DNA of 64,000 nucleotides from Dimargaris cristalligena. Its lineage: Eukaryota. Shown piece after piece: positions 1 through 10,587 of the stretch; the first letter of the stretch is position 1; each line of letters begins with the position of its first letter. The translations under genes were made by a program, and so were the position numbers. The stretch lies in the NCBI GenBank assembly GCA_003614675.1, contig ML002228.1, positions 1 to 64,000 on the forward strand. Reading direction: 5' to 3'. Below the pieces are notes generated by a model. That model saw only the letters and a program-made list of their open reading frames with translations, searched no databases and was not told the origin of the DNA.

Positions 1-234
1 CCTTTCCCTTTTATTATCTATCTTTTCAAATAAAGTTCAGTTTTCAAGGATTTGAGTTCAGTTCTTTACAATTAGTGTGAAGAGGTGGAGTCTGGGTAGG
101 GGAAAGGTTATATATAATGAATAGTGATCACATAGTACTGGGTGTGGCTATGGGAAAGCTAATATGGCATAATAAGGCCTAATATGGTTAGGAGTCTAAG
201 TTGGCAGGATTAAGGTGGATTAGAAGGGCTGATA

Positions 235-391
235 AGGTAGTTAATTTTATTTTAATGATATAGTCAGCTGGGAGCATTTTAAGTGATTATAATGAGTGAT
301 TAAAGAATAACTATATAAACTACAATAATTAGTGAAAATAAGATAGGATAAATGACCTACCAGAATATATTTTCCAATGATAAGTATCAAT
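235..391 (+). repeat. Dispersed repeat family B, copy 1
   Basis: ATAAACTACAATAATTAGTGAAAATAAGATAGGATAAA here vs ATAAACTAATGTAATTAGATAAAATAGGATAGGATAAA at ~891. Its reverse complement matches CACTTAAAATGC..GACTATA..AATAAA at ~35632-35675. Confidence 0.6.
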
Positions 392-758
392 TTCCTTGCA
401 GATTAGATACAAAAGGACTGTGAGTAACAAAATATGCAATATATTCATTATAAATAAACCAATTAAAGAAGTACAAGAATTTATCACAGTATCAATTAGG
501 CAGAAGTAGTTGGAATAGATGTTGACAGGATAAAAATATGCTAAACATGGGGTTTCTGGATTACTTAAGGGTAGGTTGTGCTATCTGCTTATAACAATCA
601 ACCATTACACCATGGGTAGTACTACAAATGTGGTTGGCTAAGAGCATTAAGAGTCTGTGAGCACAGGTTGCATCAATGTGCACTATAGCATTAGCCAAAT
701 TCCGCAGGTTTTGTGTATTGTTAACTACATTCTGTTAGAATACTAAGTACTTAAAGGA

Positions 759-956
759 AATAAAACTGGAAGTAAGGGAAGAAAGCTGCTAGAGGACAGT
801 AGATGCCTTTAGGTGGTTAGTTTTATTAAACTGTAATTTTCAATGGGGTGAAATATAAGTGGCTAACATAAATGATCTCATGATAGCAGAATAAACTAAT
901 GTAATTAGATAAAATAGGATAGGATAAAGAATAAGTAGGAACATATTCTACTATGT
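759..956 (+). repeat. Dispersed repeat family B, copy 2
   Basis: Reverse complement AATAAAACTAACCACCTAAAGGCATCTACTGTCCTCTAGCAGCTTTCTTCCC matches AATAAAGCTAACCACCTAGAGGCACTTACCGTCCTCTAGCCGTTTTCTTCCC at ~35670-35721. Confidence 0.7.
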
Positions 957-1749
957 AATCATCTGACAGTAGTCCTTCTCATCATGGACAGACTTGTTAA
1001 ACATGCAATTGGGTATATACCATAAGTAAATATCTGGTGAGCATTGCTAGGTCAAAAATGGGCAAGAATTTCTCATATAAGTATGGTATAAGTTCAATAC
1101 CGCTAAATATCCAAAGAGCATTTTATTAAAGAGTAACATTCTGCATAATGTCACATCTATATCCCCAACCATTTTTTACTTACCATAAATATCTGTGTTA
1201 AGCTACTTCCATATCGCGTTATTTCCATTTATTAATATATGCTTGTGAATAAAATGTAAACAAGATATGGGGCAGGAAACGTATTTTTAACCAAGTAAAC
1301 CAATTGCCGCACGGCCTGGCTACAGCTCTCCCTAATGCAGCAATCCTTTCGGTGCCAAAGTTACACCATATCACCCTCCAACGAATATATTTAAAGACTA
1401 GTGGTGTTTTTCACTGCCTCCTAAACTCAGCCAGGGACTCAGGTACTACCCCATGATTGCCCAATTAAAAATAGGATTATTTCAATATAAACACGTCCTT
1501 TTTCGGCTTGCCCCAACCAGATGCTGCTGCTATCACGACGTCCCTTATCCCTGGTGACACTTCTTCATTTATAAACATATCGCGACGTCCGATTGATGAG
1601 CCCATTTATTATTTTTGGTCCGCTTTACTTCACAAGTGCATCCACTCCAATGCCCTGCATCCTTGGTCATTGGATTGTTACTCTTGTTTCGTCTATTATA
1701 CTATCCGCATTTGCTATATCTCTATGATATTTTTTACATTTCGCTACCC

Positions 1750-3422
1750 ATGAAGTCTTTTATCGCCTTAATATATCCTGCCGTAGCGGTGCTAGTTTCG
1801 GCAGTATGTGGTGCTAATATACCCATCGATAGTTTGTTAAATCAGGCCTCGGGTTTACCTTATGAGTTACTAATCGAAATTGGTAGCCACATGTCCCCTG
1901 GCGAATTTGTCCGACGAATGAATTATCTGGTCCACGATCCGGTCCAGCGGTACATTTTTACCAGAGACCAGGTAAGTATGATTTATACCCCGCCCAATCA
2001 ACCGGCATCGTAATACTAAGGTATACTTTAGCATCGGTAGATGACCTTGTGTACGGCTAGGCACCTGTCATTAGCTACTATACACATCATTATTGGCATC
2101 TTATCAGCCTACTGTTATACTTGAGCATATCCCGATCACACTAAATAACTAAAAATTAATACTAATAAGACTACTATAAAATCACGCATATATTCGCTTC
2201 ATTCAGGTTAACTTACAATTGAAAGCCGTTGCCCGCAAACTCCAAGCTCTGGCGGATGCCTCCGGGGACATGAAGGACTTTGAGGCCAATATTCAGCAAT
2301 TCACAGGTGACTTCTATAGTTTGGCCAAACTCGAATCCTGGTCAGTTTTCACGAATCAACTCCTGAATCGTTATTCGGGGTGGGAGTCTAGCTACCATCG
2401 TAGTCTGAACCAGTTGGGACACCCCCCCCCCTTCTTGGCAAATGTGGCACTTGGATTACCCGGAGTTCGTCAGTAATAATCGAGCGAACCCCCTCCTGAA
2501 AAAGGAGAACTGGCGGCTGCTAAGGTTGGAGTCCCTATCCTCCTTTGCCCTAACCCAACACTTTCCACTGGCCTATTACGCAAATCGGACGACTCTGGTG
2601 GTCTTGGAACGAATCCACCGAGTGGTGTCTTCCCACTTTCCCAATAGTCGAGACCCCCCCACAACCATCAAGCACCACTTCGGCGCCAACCTCGAGATTA
2701 CCAGTCACCAAATGGAGAGCCTCGAACTTACTCGATCAGTCCTACTGCCCACGCTCGAGATGGGATTCTTACTTTCCGTTTGGCGCCTTTATCGGCGCGA
2801 AGAAATCGACCACTTGGTGCAATTCGTTCAATTGGTGTGGAATGACACTAAGGTCGAAAAAAATGGTGTACAGCATATTGGCCACTTTCTGGGCAACGTC
2901 ATCTTTTTTCTATTGACCCTCGCCGCGATTGATCAGAAGCAGTCGGTTTTGACAGCCCTGGAACCCTTCTTTTCCACTGCCGCCATTTACGCCGATGATA
3001 GGCGGCGGTTTGCCCAGGTCTTTAGTGTTCACCAGCGAAAGCTAGTGGAATGCCTCAATAATCGGGGACTGACGAATGCCGCCCGGTTCCTCCATCAGCG
3101 ATGGGGACTACAGATCAACCTAGACCGCACCTGGACGGATGCCAGTTGTTGGAAATCTCTTTTTGGGAGTACTTGGTTGGCATTCACTTCGACCGGCGAG
3201 CTGGGTGTTGGTGTACCGGTTAATTTACTTGACCCGGCCCCGAGGCTGGACCAGTTCCTACCCAGTGAGTACCAAACCACTTTCCCCTCCTTTCGGTCCA
3301 TTGACCGAATCCAAAATAAGCTTTTTCAAGACGACCACCCTGTTTTCGCCTCGGCCTGGTTTACTTTGAAGCACGCAGTTGACGTTGTACGAGGGCTGAG
3401 AAGATGGGGGTATGAAGATTAA
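1750..3422 (+). CDS. Secreted F-box-like protein, family member 1 (exons 1750-1971, 2207-3422; apparent +1 frameshift in the C10 run at 2422-2431, so possibly a pseudogene or a sequencing error)
   Basis: Hydrophobic signal peptide MKSFIALIYPAVAVLVSAVCG and F-box-like SGLPYELLIEIGSHMSPGEF. GTAAGT donor at 1972 and CAG acceptor at 2206 (phase 0) join to ORF 2219. ORF 2442-3422 aligns by eye with ORF 34243-35499. Confidence 0.7.
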
Positions 3423-3706
3423 TCGTCATTTGGGGGGGGGGCTAAGTTCAACTTATTTTTCTAATCCGACCCAACCTAAAATAGTCAATTATCTTGCACT
3501 CTATTCCGACAAACCTCTGATTATGCCGTCTATTGAACTTTAAAATGATAAAATGGTCTGGTCCAATCAACTTTATTGGTAATTAGGACACAGATATATC
3601 TAAAATATGAGTCACACGATTTCCATAATTTACAAACCCCAGTCAAAACCGAGAAATATTTAAATATAGGAGAATGTCAACGTAGACACTAAGGCCCACG
3701 GGTGGA

Positions 3707-6700
3707 TTATGGTGTAGGTCGATTGGGGGTCATTCCCCTAGTTTCGTTTGGAACATAAATGGGGGAGTTACTGTAATCCTTAAATCGAATGAGAATGATA
3801 ACCACAATAATGGGCACGGCAATAACTGAAACCAGGGCCATCCGCTTGTTCCACTGGCGCAACCGACGCTGCCGAAGGCTCTCCCGGGTGATACGCACCT
3901 CATCCCGCGGTGGTGGAATGCACCATGCCGCGATCCACCAACAAGGTGGGCACAGGAAACCCATGATAAAAAATACCTTGTAGATGTACACGTGGGCCCC
4001 CGGGGGAAAGATGACCTCCAAGACGTCGGCTAATCTATCCCAATTTAAGCGGCGGCGGGAGAATAGGCCCCGGGTCACCTTTTCATTCCACGTTTGGGGG
4101 GAGCCGATAGAGGAGTCCGGGGGCCCATTGCCAGCGGGCTGGGCGGTACCGCGGCTTCCGAAATAGGATGGTCTGGGGGTACTATCGGCCCGTGCGTCTG
4201 AGGATTTCTCAAAAGAACCAGCCGCGGCTGACTGGGGGGTTGGGCCAGTCGCGGGCCGATCGATACTGACGGACGGCCCTGACTCGGGAATGGGCGGCAT
4301 GGGTACAATAACATGCGCGTTGGATCGCCACGGTCGGCCGAATAAAGGCAAGCGATCCACCAACGAGGTGCGGGCGGTGCTAGTGGACTTCGCACCGTGG
4401 TGGAATTCCTTGATAGAGGGATGGGTGCCGGGCTTCTTCAGAATCGAGGTGGGCGGGGGTGGTTGGAGCTGGGGTGGGTTAAGCGGTCGACGGTGACCCT
4501 GGCTTAGGGTTTCGGTATAAATATCGGTGCCCTGGGGGAGACCTGCGCCAAAGGCGGTTTTGTTGAAATGAGTCCGGGACAGGCGCCGCCCGCTGAGGAA
4601 GGGTGGGGGTGGGTAGGATGGGAAAAAAAAGTGCTCTTGGCTGCTGCCGCTTTCAGAGGTGTCGCAGGAGGACGTTATGCGACGGAGTTCGGAGGGTAGG
4701 AATCGGAGCCGCTCGGTGGGTTTGCGGGTAGGGCGGGCTGCACCGGGTGGGGACAAGGAGAGGTTTGGTGATACTTGGCTCTGGCGGGAGCCGCGTCGGG
4801 GGTAGGGCATGCTATACCTTGAGTGAGACGAAGTCAGTCGGTGGTTGTCTTCCCGACTTAACGGTGAGAGACGACTTGTGCCGACTGGATGGTGAAGGGG
4901 GCGTACCCCCGAACTTCCGGTGGTTAATCCGCTGGTATAACTATCGCGGACGGAGCGACGGCGACGACCAGATTGAGGGTAAGTGGGTGCTGGAACGTTG
5001 GGGTAGCGGTGGGCACTGTCAGCGCTAGTGATCGTATGCGGGGACTGGGTACTTCCGTGGGGAACGAGGGGTGAGATTGGCTGCGACCGACGACCTGGGT
5101 CGGGTAATGGGCTTCCTAGGTGGGTCACATCGATTGGGGTATCCGCGCCAGTGGAGGATAGGTATCCCTTTTTATTGGAGTGAATAGGTACGGATTGGCG
5201 CCTCGACTGAACCAGGTAGCCCGGGTGAAGCAGGTCGGATTCCCGGCGAGCCTGAAACTGCCGGAGCCCCGTCACGTCGGAGATGAAGCGGGGCCGGGAG
5301 AAGCGACCACCCGTCGCCATTGGACCACTGGCCATAGGGGCCGAATCCTCGCTAATATTATAGATGATGGGACTTACTGCCGATCCGGTGTGCGAGGTGG
5401 TACGATTTCTAGATTCCGATACCATGCTATTAGGCTTCCGAGCGGGGGAGGTATACTCCGACGGGCTCAGTAACTCACCCCTAGGGGATGTGACCCCGGG
5501 CACCTCATCTTCAGAGATACCGTATAGAAATACGGGCGGTAAAGTCGGGTGGCGATTGACTTGATCAGAAGCTAGTTGTGGGGCTTCCGTTGACTGGGGT
5601 ACCGCGTGGCAAATCCGCTCCTCCAAGGCCGACAGAGCGCCCATACTTGACTGGAGATTAAGACTGTCGTAGGATTCCTCCGCCGGTCGGCCCGACCAAG
5701 TCACTGTAATGCGTTTGGTTAATTTATGCCAGAGGGGCTTGCTGGGATTTTTAGAGGTGGGCTGGGGATTAAATTCACTAAAGCTGGCGAGACTCTCAGG
5801 GGTCCGAGGGCTCACCATGGCACTATCGACCTGGGGGAGGTTAGTTAAAACCAATGGGGCTAGTGGGCGGACCGTGGGTTTAGGGGGTGGTACCGGTCGG
5901 CTTAACACTACTGGAGCTTTTTGGTGTAGGTCGTGCCCTGGTGTGCGGGATAACCGGGGGATAAGTTTCGGTGGAAAATAGCTCGCCACCGGGGTGGCGG
6001 TCGACCGAGCCGTTGGAATAGGGGTTAGGCGTGGGCTTGTTGAACCAGATGGTTGGATACCGGATGTAATAGTAGTGAGGGGGCGTAGCTTACTTGGCCC
6101 GGGTGGTTTGTAGGGACGTGTTGTCAACACGCTGGATTTTGGTCGAGGCTTGTTAGCCCGCTTTCCAAAGGGAAATGTGAGAGTCCAGTAGCTGGGTGCA
6201 TTAGCAACCACGGCAGGACCGGCCATTGCGGGTAGTTGCCGGCGTGGTCCATGTGAGGCGGCCTCTTTTACTTGACTATTCTGTGTTAAGCTTGGAGGAA
6301 TTATAGAGCTAGGTTCGGGACTCTGGGAGGAGGGACGGGTAGACGAAACCGGGGGTAGATGGGCTAGCAGCGGGGAGGGTCCACATTCACTCGAATCCAA
6401 GTGGGCCAAGGGCTCAAGGCGCGAGGTCCCTGACTCGACGGCCGGACCGTGGCTATTGACCCAATTTTGACAATAAAGATTGCGGATACGCACCTCTTCG
6501 GAAAAGTCGCCGTCGGTTGGCAATAGAGGCACATGCAGCTGCAGGCTTTGGCCGTAGAGTGATTGGCCCCGCCGATCAGTCGATTGGTCTCCGCTATGCG
6601 ATAGCGCGGGAGTTGACGCCAACTCTGGCGTAGCGCCTTCATGACTACCGTTACCTTCCGTTCCGCAGATGTCACTAAAATTAAGCGGGGCTTGCTCCTC

Positions 6701-7042
6701 TGTTCCATCGGATGATTCCGATGGGTTAGCTGAGGTCTCCAGAATTTTGGGGGCAGTGTGTGGGTGAATGGGACTTACATCGGGGTCTTTAACGGGTGAT
6801 GGGGTCAGACGTGAGACGGGAGTTACCGATCGGTCCGGCTCGTTAATGGGGTCAGCGGCCGATGCGGGTGCTGATATGTCAGCTGGAAAGGGATACACCA
6901 CCCCCGGGCGTAGCGGGCGAATCTCCCGAGATACCGGTAGAGACTCATAAGTGGATTCACTTGGGTCAGAGATTGACCTGGAGTGATGGGGGTAGTCACA
7001 AGTCGGACCAACTAGGCCATTTGATGGGTTGCTGCCTTCCAT
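3707..7042 (-). CDS. Large Ser/Pro-rich, probably disordered protein with two C-terminal transmembrane segments (1111 aa), function unknown
   Basis: Uninterrupted 1111-aa ORF with a low-complexity S/P/R body. The C-terminus has hydrophobic VFFIMGFLCPPCWWIAAWC and MALVSVIAVPIIVVIILIRF separated by a basic linker. Confidence 0.85.
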   Translation of the reverse strand: MEGSNPSNGLVGPTCDYPHHSRSISDPSESTYESLPVSREIRPLRPGVVYPFPADISAPASAADPINEPDRSVTPVSRLTPSPVKDPDVSPIHPHTAPKILETSANPSESSDGTEEQAPLNFSDICGTEGNGSHEGATPELASTPALSHSGDQSTDRRGQSLYGQSLQLHVPLLPTDGDFSEEVRIRNLYCQNWVNSHGPAVESGTSRLEPLAHLDSSECGPSPLLAHLPPVSSTRPSSQSPEPSSIIPPSLTQNSQVKEAASHGPRRQLPAMAGPAVVANAPSYWTLTFPFGKRANKPRPKSSVLTTRPYKPPGPSKLRPLTTITSGIQPSGSTSPRLTPIPTARSTATPVASYFPPKLIPRLSRTPGHDLHQKAPVVLSRPVPPPKPTVRPLAPLVLTNLPQVDSAMVSPRTPESLASFSEFNPQPTSKNPSKPLWHKLTKRITVTWSGRPAEESYDSLNLQSSMGALSALEERICHAVPQSTEAPQLASDQVNRHPTLPPVFLYGISEDEVPGVTSPRGELLSPSEYTSPARKPNSMVSESRNRTTSHTGSAVSPIIYNISEDSAPMASGPMATGGRFSRPRFISDVTGLRQFQARRESDLLHPGYLVQSRRQSVPIHSNKKGYLSSTGADTPIDVTHLGSPLPDPGRRSQPISPLVPHGSTQSPHTITSADSAHRYPNVPAPTYPQSGRRRRSVRDSYTSGLTTGSSGVRPLHHPVGTSRLSPLSREDNHRLTSSHSRYSMPYPRRGSRQSQVSPNLSLSPPGAARPTRKPTERLRFLPSELRRITSSCDTSESGSSQEHFFFPSYPPPPFLSGRRLSRTHFNKTAFGAGLPQGTDIYTETLSQGHRRPLNPPQLQPPPPTSILKKPGTHPSIKEFHHGAKSTSTARTSLVDRLPLFGRPWRSNAHVIVPMPPIPESGPSVSIDRPATGPTPQSAAAGSFEKSSDARADSTPRPSYFGSRGTAQPAGNGPPDSSIGSPQTWNEKVTRGLFSRRRLNWDRLADVLEVIFPPGAHVYIYKVFFIMGFLCPPCWWIAAWCIPPPRDEVRITRESLRQRRLRQWNKRMALVSVIAVPIIVVIILIRFKDYSNSPIYVPNETRGMTPNRPTP

Positions 7043-10000
7043 GGTTCCGAAATTAAATAGTAAATAAGTAAAAATATCGCCTGTAACTGGAGTATTTTAT
7101 ACTCATTAGAACGATGCTTTAGAGAGCCAATGCCTGTAGAAGTTATGCAAAGCCAAGCGACAGGGTATTGGGTATCGTCTGACTTGGTGACGGCTGAACG
7201 GAATAAGAGTCAAATAGGTATATAAGGAGGAAGAAGTACGGCCAATTGTAGGTTAGCTTGTAAGTATACAAAAGATAATAAACCAGTCGAGTCCATGATA
7301 TACAGTCACAGTGGTATAATGGCTAGACTACAAACGCAGAGCAGAGAATAGTCATAACAAGCCGACTAGATCCCCAGGAGTAGCAGTGGGCTGGAATAGG
7401 CGGTGAAGAGTAATGTAAACGAAAGAGTCACTCACCAGATAAAAAAATTGGGGCGGATATACCTTGGTAGATGGCTAGATTCCGGTTACCTGGCACGAGT
7501 TGAGTGCGGTGATGCTATTCAGTGGTGGGGCCTCCCCTAGCTAATGAATAGCAATGCGGCTAAGCAAAGACCTTCGTTCAGGAGATGGGGATGACTGCCA
7601 GCCATGATAGAATCAAAAAAATACATACAAACAAGCCAGGGGTATGGGGAAATATAACCAAAATGAGTGGGGGTATACAGCAAGTGGCGGGAATAATCGT
7701 GCCGAAGAAACCGGATACCAACGGTGTATCTGTGGGATGAAACGCAGGCTTGTTAATGCACTGACGCCGTCGCCACCTCAGCGGACCTGCCTTTAAAGCT
7801 GGCCAACGTTTAAAGCCCAGTTAATATCCAATGAGACAATGCCTATTAATAGTTTTTGGTGTACATGGTAACCAACACTCATGGGAAAGCTAACTTACCG
7901 GATTGTGGGTACGGCGTTGATGTCCGTGGGAGGATGGTGGGTATATCTTTGTTCAAGATAACATACAAAACTCGGTAGCCAGTGTGACCTGTAGGTGTCT
8001 GTGTGTTTCCAATCAGTTTTTTTTAATACAGGGGTATTATGGAAAATGGGCGCCAATGTGGAGTTGGATATATAGAAACGCCGGATAATGCTGACTCAAA
8101 ATATGAACACCATCAAGCAGGCTAGTCAGGATAGAATATTAAGACAACGAAGAGTTTAAACACTGAGGGCTGTATGGTAATGCAGAGAGAAAAAATAAGC
8201 ATGAAAGAGAGTAGGGATACAGATATTTACAGGAACATAAACTATATAGGCCAATTTTTATGAGATAATAATGTAGAGGCAAAAGATGCCAGTCCGAAGG
8301 TCAGGGAAGCGAATGGTTTTTATTGAAATAGTAAATGACAAGCGGCTATTAGGCGTTGGGGTAAGGGAGGGAGGGGAGGAGGATGCCAAAATCACAGAAG
8401 GAAAACTACGAACAATTGAAGGAGACTGGCCCCACCGAAACAATTGGGTTGTCGGGTAAAAGTCATAGTATGGCTCCTACACATGGGGCAGTGGGGAAGC
8501 CGATGAACCAACGGTATATGGACACAGGTCCTGTTCTGTACCACGCTATGTAACGGGGTTTTGCTGTTTCCGTCTACTGCTCTCTATCTAGGCCAAAGAC
8601 CGGCGGCTCGTATGTTAGTCTGTGGATGTGGGTTTTACGGTGCCACTTAGGGATGCCCCTTTAAGGGTCGCGCCGTCAGTCCTTCGGGCATTCATACTCT
8701 CAGGGTTCGTTCCATCACCTTCCCCTTCCTCCTCCCTCTCTCGTTTCTCATTATAGAGCTAACGTGGAAATGATGTTACTGTTTTTACGGATATTCCCAT
8801 GTCGTTTTGGTCTCAGTCGCCATATCGGTTTATAAATGGGTATGTAAATACTGAGGGCCACTAACCCAATTTTACTGACAATACTTGTTAACAATATAGC
8901 TGGTTGGATATCCCAATAAAAATATTGGATAGTTGGTCTGAGTGTATACACCATTTGAGCAGTAAAGTACATGGTAGGTGGCCAAGCAATCCCTTCCTCT
9001 ACCTCTCCAGCTTCAACACCCCCAATAACGGAAACCTCAGTTCGCCTGTTCCCTTTTCGGTCGCACATTTAAAGTTCCGAGACTAGACTGTGCACTGTCG
9101 TTGCGTAGCCGAGTGGCTGAGAGTCGGTGGACAATGTAGAATTCCCAAACCAGCCAGCTACCTAATTTAGTTTTTGGGTGTAAGTCTCGAGTCTTTTTTT
9201 TTCTAGTCAATACCTCTCCTAAAAATGTAATTTATTGTTAGCATGAAAGTGTCCCCGGCGGACCACCCATAGACAAAGGTTGTAGAGTTATACACTTCAA
9301 CAATTTCTGACCCGGAATAAGAATATAGTCCAAGGACTATATAATGGTGAACATCAATTAGGCCATTTGATAACATTGGTCATTTTTAGGACTAAATATG
9401 TCTGTTTTAAAGCGCAAGTCCGGTAGCTTCAGCTGTGAGCGACATTGGTCATCTCCGTGGTGTTTTTATTACGAAGTAAATTTCCAGCTACGCGTCCAAT
9501 CTACCTGTAGTTATTGAATGGGCACCCGCTACATCTCTGGACTACAATGCCGAAATGGCAATTAATCTAGATACCATTAGAAATATATGGCCTATTACCA
9601 CCATAAACTCTCTCCGCTAATGTCCTTTCCTAGTGGGCTCTCTAGCGCCAAGGCATAGCTACGCACGGAAATTGCGTTAAATCCGTGTAAACTTATAAGG
9701 CTGGGGTGAGCCCTTCCTCCTCATTACGAATCTTATACAGAAGTATAGGGGTTTACGTTGATGACTTGCCAAGCCCATCACAGATTCTCCAGCCCTCTAC
9801 CCCACCCCTTCCAGCTGCTAAAGTATTTCCCCCAAATTGTAACCATGTGCCCTTTGGGAGTCGACACTCTTTATATCAGTTACCTACCGTCGTAAGTAAC
9901 TTAGTGGGGACGGTTAACCACGGAATAGTCGCCCCATCTGGGCCCCCGATAGTATTGTCGTCTCCATAACCACACCCATTTTTAAAATCTCTACAGCCTT

Positions 10001-10587
10001 GGCCTAAGCCACCTTCCTATATCAGCTCACTATGTAACCCAAATATATTTGTTAGCGGAATCCCACCAACCTAGCTGGTATTAACCATGCAGTTCATTTG
10101 TAAGAGCTGAATTGCTCCTACGGGTTGAACAAATAGCCCTCGACTCCATGGATGAATGCAACTGTCGCCTGGCTAGTCTCCCCGAAATGTAATCCCGCCT
10201 TTACCGAGCGAACATAATGGGCCTCTTCCACCATCTCTGATAGCCACATACTGTCCAGCTGTAAGGCTGCACTGTATTGCGCCAATGGAGAAATTAATCA
10301 TTTATCACCAATCCGTAATATCCATCGGGAGTGCTCATTCGCATTATAGGATTTTATTTCGTTTAGCCTAATAGACTATAATTAAGTGAATTGGTAATCA
10401 TGTCTAGAGGGTATTTGTCGACCAGAGTGCTAGATTCGTCGGATACCAATGTTTCTATAAATTACCTATTTATCCCAACTGAACTCGAACATTTGTCCAA
10501 TTTCAGCGATCTGGTCAATTGAGCCCCATCCTTTAGGCTATACAAACTGTAATAAGACTAACTGTAATAAATTATAATCACCGTTAC

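Larger units (their letters stand above)
1..1200. repeat. AT-rich, CpG-depleted decayed repeat/transposon relic
   Basis: Only two CG dinucleotides counted by eye in 1-1200, while CG is frequent from ~1215 on. No ORF >=60 aa. Contains two diverged direct copies of a repeat also found at ~35529-35738. Confidence 0.6.

Noticed and set aside
3490..10445. Weak similarity between ~3490-3530 (reverse complement) and ~10405-10445
   Set aside because: Too short and degenerate to support by eye; needs BLASTN.
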